From positions 64,169-128,168 of the forward strand of contig CAVSCD010000014.1 of NCBI GenBank assembly GCA_963726335.1: DNA of 64,000 nt, given 5' to 3'. This DNA is from Candidatus Aminicenantes bacterium. GTDB taxonomy: Bacteria > Acidobacteriota > Aminicenantia > Aminicenantales > UBA8522. The notes beneath the pieces are model-generated. The model was not told the DNA's origin and did not search any database. It worked only from the letters and a program-made list of their open reading frames with translations. The translations under genes were made by a program, and so were the position numbers. This document shows, piece by piece, positions 31,952 through 42,321 of the stretch. Positions within the stretch are counted from its first letter, which is position 1. Each line of letters starts with the position of its first letter.

Positions 31952-32283
31952 CGCCTCTATTTTAGATAATGCGGCAACCTATTTCAAATTCGACGTCAAA
32001 CGAATTCCCTATTTCTAAGGTATAGGGTCCTGTCACGGCGCATCCCTGTCCGTCCTCGCGCCTGCGGATAAGATCCAGAAGCGTCATCGATGTCACCCTT
32101 TGCCCCGGCCCTCGGGCGAACTGATAGTCAAGATCTTTTTCAGGATATTTCGCAGAATAGCGACTCCGAGTCGCTCCGCCGCTATTCTGATGGTCGCTCC
32201 AAAGACTCCGCTTCCCGCCGGTCCCCGTCGCTCCGGGCGGACAGGGACTGGCACCGTGCCACCCTCTTAAAGATTATTGGCTG

Positions 32284-34308
32284 TTATATCACGGCCGAGG
32301 GCGGCGGCGGCTCGTCGGCTCTGCCGGCGTGGCGGAGCGGCAGGTATATGAGGTAGAGGCCGATCAGCACCATGACGGCCAGCCCGACATAGTAGCTGGC
32401 GTTCTTGAAGACCTCCGGGATATCCGAGCCGACGACTTTCTGGAAGAACATGAACTTCCAGGCCGCCCGGACGAGCCCGGTGAGCGCCTCCCCGGCGATC
32501 AGCCCGGAAGCGAGCAGGATGCCGACATTATCGACCCTGGTCTTCTGGGCCGGGTTCAGATTCCTCCTGGCTGCAAGGCGGTCGATGATGCCTTTGATCA
32601 TGCCGCCGATGAAGATGGCGAAGGTCGTCTCGAGAGGCAGATACATCCCGACGGCGACGAGCATCGGCGATTTGACCTGGACCAGGATGAAGGCGAACCC
32701 CATCAGCATGCCGACGATCACCAGCGGCCAAGCCATCTCCTTGCCGACGATACCCTGGGCCAGCGCGGCCATCAGCCCGGCTTGAGGTGCGGACAGCTCC
32801 TTGCTGCCGAAAGTGAAGGCCCCATGGAGCACGAGCAGAGGAAAATAAAGGACGAGCGAAGCGATCAGGATGCCGATGATGTCGCCGACCTGCATCTTCC
32901 ATGGCGTGCCGCCCAGGATGTGCCCCACCTTGAGGTCCTGGAGCATTTCCCCGGCGACCGCCGAGGACACGCAGACGACGGCGGCGACGCCGAGCACCGC
33001 GGCGACGCCGCTCGTGCCCGTTGCCCCGACGACGACCATCAGCAGCGCCGCGACGATCAATGTCGAGAGCGTCAGGCCGGAAATGGGGTTGTTGGACGAC
33101 CCGATCTGGCCGACCAGGTTCCCCGAGACCGCGGCGAAAAAGAACCCGAAAATGGCCATGACCACGGCCGCCAGGATCGCCGAGGTATAGTTCCCGGAGA
33201 ACACCCGGTAGAGGAAAACCATGAGCACCACCGTCCCGGCGAGCAGGGCCAGGACGAGCCGGATGTTCAGGTCTTTCTCCAGGCGCGCGCCGGACTGCGC
33301 CTGGCCGGTCGCCTTGCGCACGTCGCCGACCGACCGCTTGATGCCGGCGCTCAAGTTCTTCCTCATCTTGAAGAGGGTGAAGCCGGCGCCCACCAGCATG
33401 CCGCCGACGGCGATCGGCCGGATGATGAACTTCCAGACATTGAACATCATGTCGGCCCAGTCGACGCCGGCCATGGCCACGCCGGGCCCGTAGAATTTCT
33501 CGACGAGCTGGGGGCCGAGGAAGTACATCAGCAGGGGAGCGAACAGCCCCCAAGCCAGGACGCCGCCGGCGAAGTTCAGGGACGCGAGGCGCGGGCCGAT
33601 GATGTAGCCGACGCCGATATAGGCCGGATAGATGCCCGGGCCGGCCACGGAGATCGTCCCTCCCGCATCCACCTTGGCGGCGGTCTGGCTCGTTCCCAGG
33701 CGGACGAAGCTCGCCCCGATGTTGCCGACCTTGAAGACGAATTCCTTGGAGGCGGAGAAGACCTTGATGGCGCCCATCGCGTAGACGAGCGCCCCCGCGC
33801 CCATCGCCTGGAACAGGAACTTGGCGCCCTGGCTGCCTTTCTGGCCGGCCTTATGGATCTCCGAGGCGGCCACCGACTCGGGGAAGCCGAGCTCGGGGTC
33901 GGTGACCATGACCCGGCGGAGGAACGTCACGAACAGAATGCCCAGGAGGCCGCCGACGAACATCAAGGCGCTCGATTTGAGATAGGCGTCGAGGGTGTCG
34001 AACCTCAGCCAGGCGCCCGCGATGACGAAGGCCGGGATCGTGAAAATGGCCCCCGCGGCCACCGACTCGCCGATCGAGCCGATAGTCCGCGCCATGTTCT
34101 CTTCGAGGATGGACCCCCTCATCAGCTTCAGCACGGCCATGCCGATGACGGCGGCGGGGTAGGTGGCGGCGATGGTCATGCCGGCCCTGAGGCCGAGGTA
34201 GGCGTTGGCGGCCCCGAGGACCACGGTCAGGATCACTCCGAGAATGACGGCCTTGAGCGTGAACTCCCGGAGGCCGGTCTTTTCAGGAACGTATGGCGTG
34301 TAGTTCAT
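32284..34308 (-). CDS. OPT-family oligopeptide transporter
   Basis: The 674-aa polytopic membrane protein shows OPT-superfamily similarity. Confidence 0.85.
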   Translation of the reverse strand: MNYTPYVPEKTGLREFTLKAVILGVILTVVLGAANAYLGLRAGMTIAATYPAAVIGMAVLKLMRGSILEENMARTIGSIGESVAAGAIFTIPAFVIAGAWLRFDTLDAYLKSSALMFVGGLLGILFVTFLRRVMVTDPELGFPESVAASEIHKAGQKGSQGAKFLFQAMGAGALVYAMGAIKVFSASKEFVFKVGNIGASFVRLGTSQTAAKVDAGGTISVAGPGIYPAYIGVGYIIGPRLASLNFAGGVLAWGLFAPLLMYFLGPQLVEKFYGPGVAMAGVDWADMMFNVWKFIIRPIAVGGMLVGAGFTLFKMRKNLSAGIKRSVGDVRKATGQAQSGARLEKDLNIRLVLALLAGTVVLMVFLYRVFSGNYTSAILAAVVMAIFGFFFAAVSGNLVGQIGSSNNPISGLTLSTLIVAALLMVVVGATGTSGVAAVLGVAAVVCVSSAVAGEMLQDLKVGHILGGTPWKMQVGDIIGILIASLVLYFPLLVLHGAFTFGSKELSAPQAGLMAALAQGIVGKEMAWPLVIVGMLMGFAFILVQVKSPMLVAVGMYLPLETTFAIFIGGMIKGIIDRLAARRNLNPAQKTRVDNVGILLASGLIAGEALTGLVRAAWKFMFFQKVVGSDIPEVFKNASYYVGLAVMVLIGLYLIYLPLRHAGRADEPPPPSAVI

Positions 34309-34449
34309 CCCAGGCTCCTTTCTTCAGTCATTGCCCTATGTATATTCGAACTCGGCGATTCGAGTCAATAGAGGCCGGCGTGGGCCCCGGCAAGAAAGCT
34401 TGCAAACGGCATTCTTTCGGGATACAATAACGTCCGCTACAGGTACGAT

Positions 34450-35481
34450 ATGAGTGTGATCAGCTGGTTCAAGGACCGTCTTTTCTGTGATTTGGCCATC
34501 GACTTGGGCACGGCCAATTCCCTGGTCTACCTGAAGGGCAAGGGGATCATCGTCCAGGAGCCCTCGATCGTCGTCGTCAACAAGGTGACGGGGAAGGTCG
34601 AGGCCGTGGGCAGCCGGGCCAAGGACATGTTGGGGAAGACGCCCGCCAACGTGACGACCATCAAGCCGATGCGGGATGGCGTGATCGCCGATTTCGAGAT
34701 CGCCGAGAAGATGCTCGAATACTTCATCAAGAAGGCCACCAATAACCGCGGTTTCTGGCTTCGGCCCCGGATCGTCATCGGCATCCCCACCGGCATCACC
34801 CAGGTCGAGCGGCGCGCCGTCAAGGACGTGGCCATGCGGGCCAAGGCCTCCGAGGTCTATCTCGTCGAGCAGCCGATGACCGCGGCCGTGGGCGCCGACC
34901 TGCCGATCTCCGACCCCACGGGCAACATGGTCGTCGACATCGGCGGCGGCACGACGGACATCGCCGTCATCTCGCTCGACGGCATCGTCTTCAACCACTC
35001 CATCCGGATCGCCGGGAACGAGATGGACGAGGAGATCATCCAGTACCTCAAGAAGAAATACAACCTCCTGATCGGAGAGCGCACGGCCGAGGCGGTCAAG
35101 ATCCAGATCGGGTCGGCCTACCCGCTGGACGAGCCGATGACGATGGAGATCAAGGGCCGCGACCTCCGCGAAGGGATTCCCAAGACCATCGTCGTCGACG
35201 ACCAGGAGATCCGGGAAGCGCTGGAAGACGTCGTCGCCTCGATCGTCAACGCCGTCCGGATCGCGCTCGAGAAAACCCCCCCCGAGCTGTCCGCCGACAT
35301 CATCGACCGCGGCATCATCCTGACCGGCGGCGGCGCGCTGCTCAAGAACCTGGACAAGCGGGTTCGCGAAGAGACGCAGTTGCCCGTCTTCGTCACGGAA
35401 GACCCCCTCAAGAGCGTCGTCCTGGGCGCGGGCAAGCTCCTGGACGACCTCGACCTGCTCAAGAAGATCGCTCTCGACTAG
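34450..35481 (+). CDS. mreB: Rod-shape-determining protein MreB
   Basis: The 343-aa product has actin-like ATPase motifs (DLGTANSLVY...). Confidence 0.95.
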   Translation: MSVISWFKDRLFCDLAIDLGTANSLVYLKGKGIIVQEPSIVVVNKVTGKVEAVGSRAKDMLGKTPANVTTIKPMRDGVIADFEIAEKMLEYFIKKATNNRGFWLRPRIVIGIPTGITQVERRAVKDVAMRAKASEVYLVEQPMTAAVGADLPISDPTGNMVVDIGGGTTDIAVISLDGIVFNHSIRIAGNEMDEEIIQYLKKKYNLLIGERTAEAVKIQIGSAYPLDEPMTMEIKGRDLREGIPKTIVVDDQEIREALEDVVASIVNAVRIALEKTPPELSADIIDRGIILTGGGALLKNLDKRVREETQLPVFVTEDPLKSVVLGAGKLLDDLDLLKKIALD

Positions 35482-35487
35482 CGGGGC

Positions 35488-36312
35488 GTGAAAGACAATA
35501 GGAAGTTCGCCGTTTTCTGCGGGCTGATTTTCCTGCAGCTTGTGCTGATCTCGATCCAGGTCCCCAAAGGCGGCCAAGTCACCTTTTTTGAGAAGGCCCT
35601 GTTCACCGTGTTCTCTCCTGTCGGCCGCGCGGCGGGCGGCGCGGTGGGCCGGCTGAAATCGGTCTGGTCGGGCTATGTCTACCTGCGGAACGTCGAGCTC
35701 CAGAACCAGAAGATGAGAGACGAGCTTTTCCAACTCCGGCAGGAAAACCTGATCCTGAAGCACAGGGTCCTGGAATTCCAGGGGGAGCGGGACATGCGGA
35801 AGCTCCTCGACACGGCCTCCCGCTCGATCCTCGCCGCCTCGGTGATCGGGATCGACCCCAGCCAGTATCACAAGTCCGTCATCCTCAACAGGGGTTCATC
35901 GGACGGCGTGAAGCAGGACATGGTGGTCCTGGACAGGCACGGCCGGCTCGTCGGCCGGGTGATCGATTTTGTCACGCCGGGAGAGGCGAAGGTCCAGCTC
36001 ATCACCGACGAAGAGAGCGGAGTGGGCGTGCTGTCGGCCCAGAGCCGCGTCATGGGCGTCCTGGGCGGCGACGCCCGGGGACGTTGTCTCTTTAAGTATG
36101 TGCTCAAGACTAACAAGGAGGTCGCCCAGGACGAGGAGGTCGTGACCTCCGGATTTGACGGCATCTATCCCGCCGGCCTGCCCGTGGGCCGGATTGCCGC
36201 CATCAGCGAGGACCCATCCCTGTTCAAGAGGATCGTGGTCGCGCCGCACTTCGATTTCGCCGATCTCGACCGGGTGGCCGTTTTCACCGCGGACCTGCGC
36301 GATCGGTGGTGA
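35488..36312 (+). CDS. mreC: Rod-shape-determining protein MreC
   Basis: The product has a GTG start, an N-terminal TM segment, a coiled coil and an MreC beta domain. It follows mreB. Confidence 0.85.
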   Translation: MKDNRKFAVFCGLIFLQLVLISIQVPKGGQVTFFEKALFTVFSPVGRAAGGAVGRLKSVWSGYVYLRNVELQNQKMRDELFQLRQENLILKHRVLEFQGERDMRKLLDTASRSILAASVIGIDPSQYHKSVILNRGSSDGVKQDMVVLDRHGRLVGRVIDFVTPGEAKVQLITDEESGVGVLSAQSRVMGVLGGDARGRCLFKYVLKTNKEVAQDEEVVTSGFDGIYPAGLPVGRIAAISEDPSLFKRIVVAPHFDFADLDRVAVFTADLRDRW

Positions 36313-36324
36313 GGGAAGGGGAGA

Positions 36325-36804
36325 GTGAGGAAATACCTCGAGCCGGTGCTGGCCGTTGTCCTGGCGTTCGCCCTCTACGCGACTCTCGGCAAAATCGCGC
36401 CCCCGCTCGTTCTCGTCTTCAACCCGTTTTCCTGGGTGGTGCTGTATTTCGGCCTGACCCGCGAGGAGCTTTTCGGCGCCTTTGCCGGCAGCGTCTGCGG
36501 GCTGCTCCAGGATTCGCTGACGATCGGCGTGTTCGGCGTCGGGGGCCTGAGCAAGACCCTGATGGGGTTCGCCTGCGGCTATATCTCGCGCAAAATCAAC
36601 GTCGGGCCCCTCGTCCGGAACATCGTTTTCCTGTTCATCCTGGCCCTGGTCGAGCTGGCCGTCTGGAAGGGATCGGCCGCTTTCCTTTTCGGGACCCGGC
36701 TGACCGCCGATCACGGGCTGGCGTTCGTCCAGCCGGTGGTGACGGCGCTGGCGACGGCCGGCCTGTTCAGGCTAAGCGCCAAGCTCCGCCCCGAGGGCGC
36801 CTAG
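36325..36804 (+). CDS. mreD: Rod-shape-determining protein MreD
   Basis: The 159-aa hydrophobic protein occupies the canonical position after mreC. Confidence 0.75.
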   Translation: MRKYLEPVLAVVLAFALYATLGKIAPPLVLVFNPFSWVVLYFGLTREELFGAFAGSVCGLLQDSLTIGVFGVGGLSKTLMGFACGYISRKINVGPLVRNIVFLFILALVELAVWKGSAAFLFGTRLTADHGLAFVQPVVTALATAGLFRLSAKLRPEGA

Positions 36805-36814
36805 CCGGAGCGCC

Positions 36815-38623
36815 ATGGATACGAACAGGGTCTACGAGGACCTGTCGCTCATCCAGCGGCGGGCGACGATCGTCGCGGTCGTCATCGGGATCATCCTGCT
36901 GTTCATAGTCCTGGTCTGCTGGAAGATCCAGATCCTGGACCACGGGAAGTATTGGGCGCTTTCCGAAGCCAACCGCTTCCGGGAGTCCGCCATCGCCGCG
37001 CCCCGGGGGCAGATCAAGGACCGCAACGAAGTGATCCTGGCTGACTACACGCCGTCCTTCAGGGCGTCGATCATCCGGGAGAACTGCCGGGACCTCGACA
37101 GGTCGATCGAGACTGTCGCCCGACTTCTCGCCATCCCGCCCGCGGAGCTTCGGCTCAGGATCGAGAAATACGCGTCGCTTCCCGCCTTCCAGCCGATCGT
37201 CGTGAAGGATAACCTCGACCTCCGGGAAGTCTCCCGGATCGAGTCCCGGCGCCTCGAACATCCGGAGCTCATCGTGGAGAACGATCCCCGCCGGTTTTAC
37301 CCGTTCGGCGCCCTGGCTGCCCATGTCATCGGGTATCTCCAGGAGGTGAACGCCGGGGAGCTCGCCGGGGAGGCTTACAAAGGCAAGATGCTCGGCGACC
37401 TGGTCGGACGGGCCGGCGTGGAGCGGGAGTACGAGCCTCGGCTCACCGGCGTGAACGGCCGGCTCACCGAGCTCGTGGATAGTCAGGGCCGGTCGCGGGG
37501 CGAGACCTCGCGGGTCGAACCGGCGGCCGGAGGAGATATCTCCTTAACTCTCGACTTCGATATCCAGAAGAGGGCGAGCGAGCTCCTCGAGGGCCGGGAG
37601 GGGGCCATCATCGTCATGGACCCTCGAAACGGCGACGTTCTCGCCCTGGCCAGCTATCCCACCTACGACCCGAATAAGTTCATCACGCGGTTCACGCCCC
37701 AGGAGTGGATGGACCTGATGAACCGGCCCGACCATCCGCTCGAGAACCGCGTCATCCGCGGCCAGTACTCTCCCGGCTCGATCTTCAAGCTGGCCATGGC
37801 CGCCGGCGGGCTGGCGTTCGGAGCGGTCGTCGAATCCACGACTTTCTTTTGTCCCGGGTCCGCCCAGTTTTACGGCCGGCCGTTCGCCTGCTGGAAGGGC
37901 GGCGGACACGGCACTCTCAACCTGACCGGCGCCATCCAGAACTCGTGCAATGTCTATTTTTACAACGTCGGCCGGCGGCTGGGCGTCGACCGGATCGCCC
38001 AGGCGGCCGAGGCCTTGGGGCTGGGGGCGGAGAGGACTGGGATCGACCTCCCCGGAGAAAAGGGCGGGATCATCCCTTCCGAGGCCTGGAGCCGGAGCGT
38101 TCGCAAGTCGCCCTGGTATCCCGGCGAAACCATCTCGGTCGCCATCGGCCAGGGACCCGTGCTCGTCACACCCGCCCAGATCGCCGTTCACACGGCCATC
38201 CTGGCCAACCGCGGAAGAAGGCCGATGCCGCGGCTGCGGAGCGCGGGCGGTCCCGGCAGCGTCGCGGCGGCCGGCGCCCGGGAAGAAGCGGGCACCGGGT
38301 CCGGGCCGATCCCGGCGCAAGTTTTGGAGACGGTCGTCAACGGCATGTGGCGCTGCGTCAACGAGGGCGGGACCGGCAAGGCCGCGGCGGTCGAGGGGTT
38401 CGATGTCTGCGGCAAGACCGGGTCAACCCAGACCATCGGCCGGGAGACCGCCGAGAGGCTGGGCCGCAAGGTCATGCCCCACTCCTGGTTCACCGGGTTC
38501 GCCCCCCGGGACAACCCGCGGCTTGTCGTCACGATCCTCGTCGAGTTCGGAGGCATGGGAGGGGCGACGGCCGCGCCCCTGGCCGGGGAGCTCTTCAAGC
38601 TCTACAAGGAAAAATATGATTGA
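36815..38623 (+). CDS. mrdA: Penicillin-binding protein 2 (peptidoglycan D,D-transpeptidase)
   Basis: The 602-aa product has a TM anchor, a dimerisation domain and a transpeptidase domain with SxxK, SxN and KTG(S) motifs. Confidence 0.9.
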   Translation: MDTNRVYEDLSLIQRRATIVAVVIGIILLFIVLVCWKIQILDHGKYWALSEANRFRESAIAAPRGQIKDRNEVILADYTPSFRASIIRENCRDLDRSIETVARLLAIPPAELRLRIEKYASLPAFQPIVVKDNLDLREVSRIESRRLEHPELIVENDPRRFYPFGALAAHVIGYLQEVNAGELAGEAYKGKMLGDLVGRAGVEREYEPRLTGVNGRLTELVDSQGRSRGETSRVEPAAGGDISLTLDFDIQKRASELLEGREGAIIVMDPRNGDVLALASYPTYDPNKFITRFTPQEWMDLMNRPDHPLENRVIRGQYSPGSIFKLAMAAGGLAFGAVVESTTFFCPGSAQFYGRPFACWKGGGHGTLNLTGAIQNSCNVYFYNVGRRLGVDRIAQAAEALGLGAERTGIDLPGEKGGIIPSEAWSRSVRKSPWYPGETISVAIGQGPVLVTPAQIAVHTAILANRGRRPMPRLRSAGGPGSVAAAGAREEAGTGSGPIPAQVLETVVNGMWRCVNEGGTGKAAAVEGFDVCGKTGSTQTIGRETAERLGRKVMPHSWFTGFAPRDNPRLVVTILVEFGGMGGATAAPLAGELFKLYKEKYD

Positions 38624-39704
38624 CCGGCGGCTCATCCAGAACATCGACTGGGTCCTCCTCGGTCTGCTCCTGCTGAATTCCCTGATCGGCGTCCTCTTCA
38701 TCTATAGCTCGTCCCATTATCTTCCGGGGAACTTTTATCTCAGGCAGCTGTTCTTCCTCGGGGTCAGCCTGGCCGCGCTCTTCGTCCTGCTGCTGTTCGA
38801 TTATCAGGTCCTCGTGGACTATTCCTATTATATTTACGGCTTCGTCATGGTCGTTCTGGCCGGGATGGTCGTTTTCAACCACCTGATGAAAAAGGGCAGC
38901 TGGATCCGGCTGCGATATTTCCAGGTCCAGCCCTCGGAGCTCGCCAAGGTCGCGCTGGTGCTGGCCATGGCGCACCTGTTTGCCGAATACAAGCAAAGCA
39001 GCCTGACCCGGGGCGCCTTCCTGGCCGGCGCCGGGCTGGCGGCTGTTCCTTTCTTTCTTGTCGCGCTTCAGCCCGACCTCGGGACCGCCGTCAGCCTGCT
39101 GTCGATCCTGGCCGGGGCTTTCATCCTCGCCGGGCTCGAACGCAAGGCGGTCATCGCCGCCGCCATACTCGTCATCGGGGTCGGCTTCGCCGGCTGGCAC
39201 TTCTACCTCAAAGACTATCAGAAAGACCGGCTGGCCACGGTGGTCTTTCCGGACAAGGATCCCCGCGGGTCGGGCTACCAGGTCCTCCAGTCCAAGATCG
39301 CCATCGGGTCGGGCGGGGTGCTTGGCAAGGGCATCAAGAGAGGGAGCCAGAGCCAGCTCAAATTCCTCCCCGCGCGGCACACCGATTTCGTCTTCTCGGT
39401 CATCGGCGAGGAGACCGGATTCGTGGGCGCGTCGACCGTCCTGCTCATCTACTTTGCCTTCCTCTGGAGGCTTTTCCGGTCCGCCGCCAAGGCCCGTGAC
39501 CGGACGGGGGTTTATATCGTCTTCATGGTCGGGTTGATGATGTCCTTCCAGCTCATCGTCAACGTCGCGATGGTGATCGGCATCTTTCCCGTGGTCGGCA
39601 TCCCGCTGCCGCTCCTAAGCTACGGCGGCTCGTCGCTGCTGGCCAACTATCTGGGGGTCAGCCTGGTTCTGAACGTCAAGATGAGGCGGTTCGCCAACAT
39701 CTGA
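38616..39704 (+). CDS. rodA: SEDS-family peptidoglycan glycosyltransferase RodA
   Basis: The start overlaps the mrdA 3' end by 8 nt. The 363-aa product has about 10 TM segments and the FtsW/RodA family signature. Confidence 0.9.
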   Translation: MIDRRLIQNIDWVLLGLLLLNSLIGVLFIYSSSHYLPGNFYLRQLFFLGVSLAALFVLLLFDYQVLVDYSYYIYGFVMVVLAGMVVFNHLMKKGSWIRLRYFQVQPSELAKVALVLAMAHLFAEYKQSSLTRGAFLAGAGLAAVPFFLVALQPDLGTAVSLLSILAGAFILAGLERKAVIAAAILVIGVGFAGWHFYLKDYQKDRLATVVFPDKDPRGSGYQVLQSKIAIGSGGVLGKGIKRGSQSQLKFLPARHTDFVFSVIGEETGFVGASTVLLIYFAFLWRLFRSAAKARDRTGVYIVFMVGLMMSFQLIVNVAMVIGIFPVVGIPLPLLSYGGSSLLANYLGVSLVLNVKMRRFANI

Positions 39705-39796
39705 CACCGAGACCCGGAAACATCCGGCTGTCGAACAATGATCGAAAACAAAACGTTTGAAGAGATGCTCAGGCGGGTGGAACGAGCCCGGCCGCT

Positions 39797-42286
39797 ATGT
39801 CGGCGGGGAATGGAACGCGGTCCGCAAGGATCCCTCCAAGGTCCGATGTCAAGATCGCCCTTGTCTTTCCCGACGTCTATGAGATCGGGATGTCCTATCT
39901 CGGCCAGAAGATCCTGTATTCGGTCCTCAACGCGCTGCCCGGCGTGATGGCGGAGCGGGTCTTCGCGCCCTGGCCGGATTTCGAAGCGGTCCTTCGCGGC
40001 GCGCGGCAGCCTCTGGTCTCGCTCGAGAACCGGATCCCGCTGGCCGAGTTCGACATCGTCGGCATCTCGCTTCTCTATGAGCTCAATGATTCGAACATCC
40101 TGACTGTCCTCGACCTCGCCGGCATCCCGCTGTATTCGAAAGACCGGGGCGGGGAGCTCCCTCTGGTCATCGCCGGCGGCCCGGCCGCGTTCAATCCCGA
40201 GCCGCTGTCCGACATCATCGACGCCTTCGTCCTCGGGGACGGGGAGGAAGCCTTCCCCGAGGTCGTCGAACGCTTCCGCCAGGGCCGGCGGTCCGGGCTG
40301 ACGAGAGAGGCCCTGCTCGACGAATTGACGCAAATCCGCGGTGTTTACGTGCCGCGCTTCTATGAGGGGTTTGTTCCGGCCGGCTCCACGCTCATCGCCC
40401 GGCGCCCCCTGGGTTCGGCGCCGGCCAGGATCGACAAGCGGATCCTGCCCAGCCTGGACGGCCGGCACTTCCCGGAGCGCATCGTTGTCCCCGATATCCA
40501 GGCCGTCTTCGACCGGGTGGCGGTCGAGGTGGCGCGAGGCTGCCCGGAGCGCTGCCGTTTCTGCCAGGCCACCACGCTCTATTTCCCATTCCGGGTCATG
40601 CGGCCGCAGACCGTGCTCCGCAAGGTGAGCCGCAGCCTGGCCGCCACGGGCTACGAGGACGTTTCCCTCTCGGCGCTGTCCATCAGCGACTATCCTCACC
40701 TCGAGCCGTGCGTGAACGCCCTGATGGATGAGATCTCGAGCCGCCGGATCTCACTCTCCCTGTCGTCCCTCCGGCCCAGCGGGCTCTCGTCCGCTGTCGC
40801 CGAGAATATCCTCAGGGTGAGAAAGACCGGGTTCACCCTCGTGCCCGAGGCGGGTACCGACCGCCTGCGGCGCGTCATCAACAAGCACCTGACCAACGAG
40901 GAGATCCTGGCCGCGGCGGGACATGCTTTCGGCCGGGGATGGCAGCTCCTCAAGCTGTATTTCATGGCCGGGCTGCCGACCGAAACCGAGGCGGACCTGG
41001 CGGGGATCGTCGATCTCACGGCCGAGATCGTCAGGCTGGGGAGAAGCCTGATGGGCTCGGCGCCGCGCATCAACCTCAGCTTGTCCTCTTTCATCCCCAA
41101 GCCCCATACTCCTTTCCAGTGGCTGCCCATGGACGATGAGTCGACCTTGCTCGAAAAGCAGAGATACATCCGTTCCGGATTGCGCCGGCTCGCCTCGGTC
41201 AAAGTCAAAGAGCATCCCACGAAAAGCTCGGTCCTCGAGGCTGTCTTCTCGAGAGGGGACAGGCGGCTGGCCGCGGTCCTCAGCCGTGCCTGGCAGGGCG
41301 GGGCGCGCTTCGACGCCTGGAAAGACCAGTTCGATTTTTCGCGCTGGGAGGAGGCGTTCGCCGCCGAGGGCCTGGATCACAAGCAATACCTCGGCGCCCT
41401 GGCGGCCGGGGCTCCGCTCCCTTGGGACCATATCGGGACCGGCATAAAGAAGGAGACGTTGCGCGCCGAGCTCGAAAGGGCGATGGCCGCCGAGCGAACG
41501 CCCTCGTGCCTGGATGCCGACTGCAGGAAGTGCGGCGGCTGCGAAACCGCCGTCCGTCCGAAGAAACGCCTCCCGCCCGAAACCTCGCCCCCGCCGGCGG
41601 CCGCGGCCTCCTCCGTCGTGGAGCCCCGAACGCCCTTGCGATATGAAGCCAGATACTCCAAGACCGGCTCGGCGCGTTTCTTGTCCCATCGCGATGTGAC
41701 CGGCCACCTCTTGCGGGCCTTCCGCCGGGCCGGGCTCGAAACCGCCTTCTCCTCCGGGTTCCATCCGAAAATGCTCGTCTCCTACGGTCCGGCGCTGGCC
41801 CTCGGCATGACGGGAAGGGAGGAGATTTTCGAGTTCAGGTCCCCCGCGGAGCTCGACGAGAAGAAACGGCTCCGCCAGCTCAATCGCTGCCTGCGGCCGG
41901 GGATCCGGTTCAAGTCTCTCAGATGCCTGGACAAGGATACGCCCGCGCTCAGCGAGAGGATCCAGGGCATGATCTTCTCCATCGAGCTTGATGACCCCGA
42001 GGTGCGCCGCGCCCTGGATTCGCGGCGGGCCGCGTCGGGAGAGCCCCCCGGCGACGACCTCGGGTTCATCAAGACCCAGGCGGCCGCGGCCCTGGCCGCG
42101 GCGGGCCAGGGCGCCGTCCGCATGTCCATCGACAAGCGGACCGGGCGCCTCAGGATGATCTTCCCCGCGTTGCCGACCAAGGGCGCCCGCCCCCAGGATG
42201 TCGTCGCTGCCGTGCTCGGGCTGGAGTTCCCCGCCTTCCATCTCACCCGCGAACGTTTTATTTACACCGCATCCCCTAAGAAGTAA
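39797..42286 (+). CDS. Fused B12-binding radical-SAM protein (TIGR03960-like) and DUF2344/TIGR03936-like C-terminal domain; the true N-terminus probably extends to 39738 through two +1 frameshifts
   Basis: The product has a B12-binding region, a radical-SAM core (ARGCPERCRFCQA) and a long DUF2344-like tail. Upstream, in other frames, are MIENKTFEEMLRRVE and the conserved PGRYVGGEWNAVRKDPSKV. Confidence 0.8.
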   Translation: MSAGNGTRSARIPPRSDVKIALVFPDVYEIGMSYLGQKILYSVLNALPGVMAERVFAPWPDFEAVLRGARQPLVSLENRIPLAEFDIVGISLLYELNDSNILTVLDLAGIPLYSKDRGGELPLVIAGGPAAFNPEPLSDIIDAFVLGDGEEAFPEVVERFRQGRRSGLTREALLDELTQIRGVYVPRFYEGFVPAGSTLIARRPLGSAPARIDKRILPSLDGRHFPERIVVPDIQAVFDRVAVEVARGCPERCRFCQATTLYFPFRVMRPQTVLRKVSRSLAATGYEDVSLSALSISDYPHLEPCVNALMDEISSRRISLSLSSLRPSGLSSAVAENILRVRKTGFTLVPEAGTDRLRRVINKHLTNEEILAAAGHAFGRGWQLLKLYFMAGLPTETEADLAGIVDLTAEIVRLGRSLMGSAPRINLSLSSFIPKPHTPFQWLPMDDESTLLEKQRYIRSGLRRLASVKVKEHPTKSSVLEAVFSRGDRRLAAVLSRAWQGGARFDAWKDQFDFSRWEEAFAAEGLDHKQYLGALAAGAPLPWDHIGTGIKKETLRAELERAMAAERTPSCLDADCRKCGGCETAVRPKKRLPPETSPPPAAAASSVVEPRTPLRYEARYSKTGSARFLSHRDVTGHLLRAFRRAGLETAFSSGFHPKMLVSYGPALALGMTGREEIFEFRSPAELDEKKRLRQLNRCLRPGIRFKSLRCLDKDTPALSERIQGMIFSIELDDPEVRRALDSRRAASGEPPGDDLGFIKTQAAAALAAAGQGAVRMSIDKRTGRLRMIFPALPTKGARPQDVVAAVLGLEFPAFHLTRERFIYTASPKK

Positions 42287-42321
42287 CCTTCCGGCCGGGA
42301 CCGGGTCACTTGAGGAGCGAG

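Noticed and set aside
31952-32283. Nested hairpins downstream of the OPT-transporter gene and upstream of def (agaatagcg-actccgagtcgctccgc-cgctattct)
   Set aside because: This is probably just the terminator or 3' structure for the OPT gene on the minus strand and the promoter region for def-fmt. It is short, has no repeated copy elsewhere in the window, and has no distinctive features.
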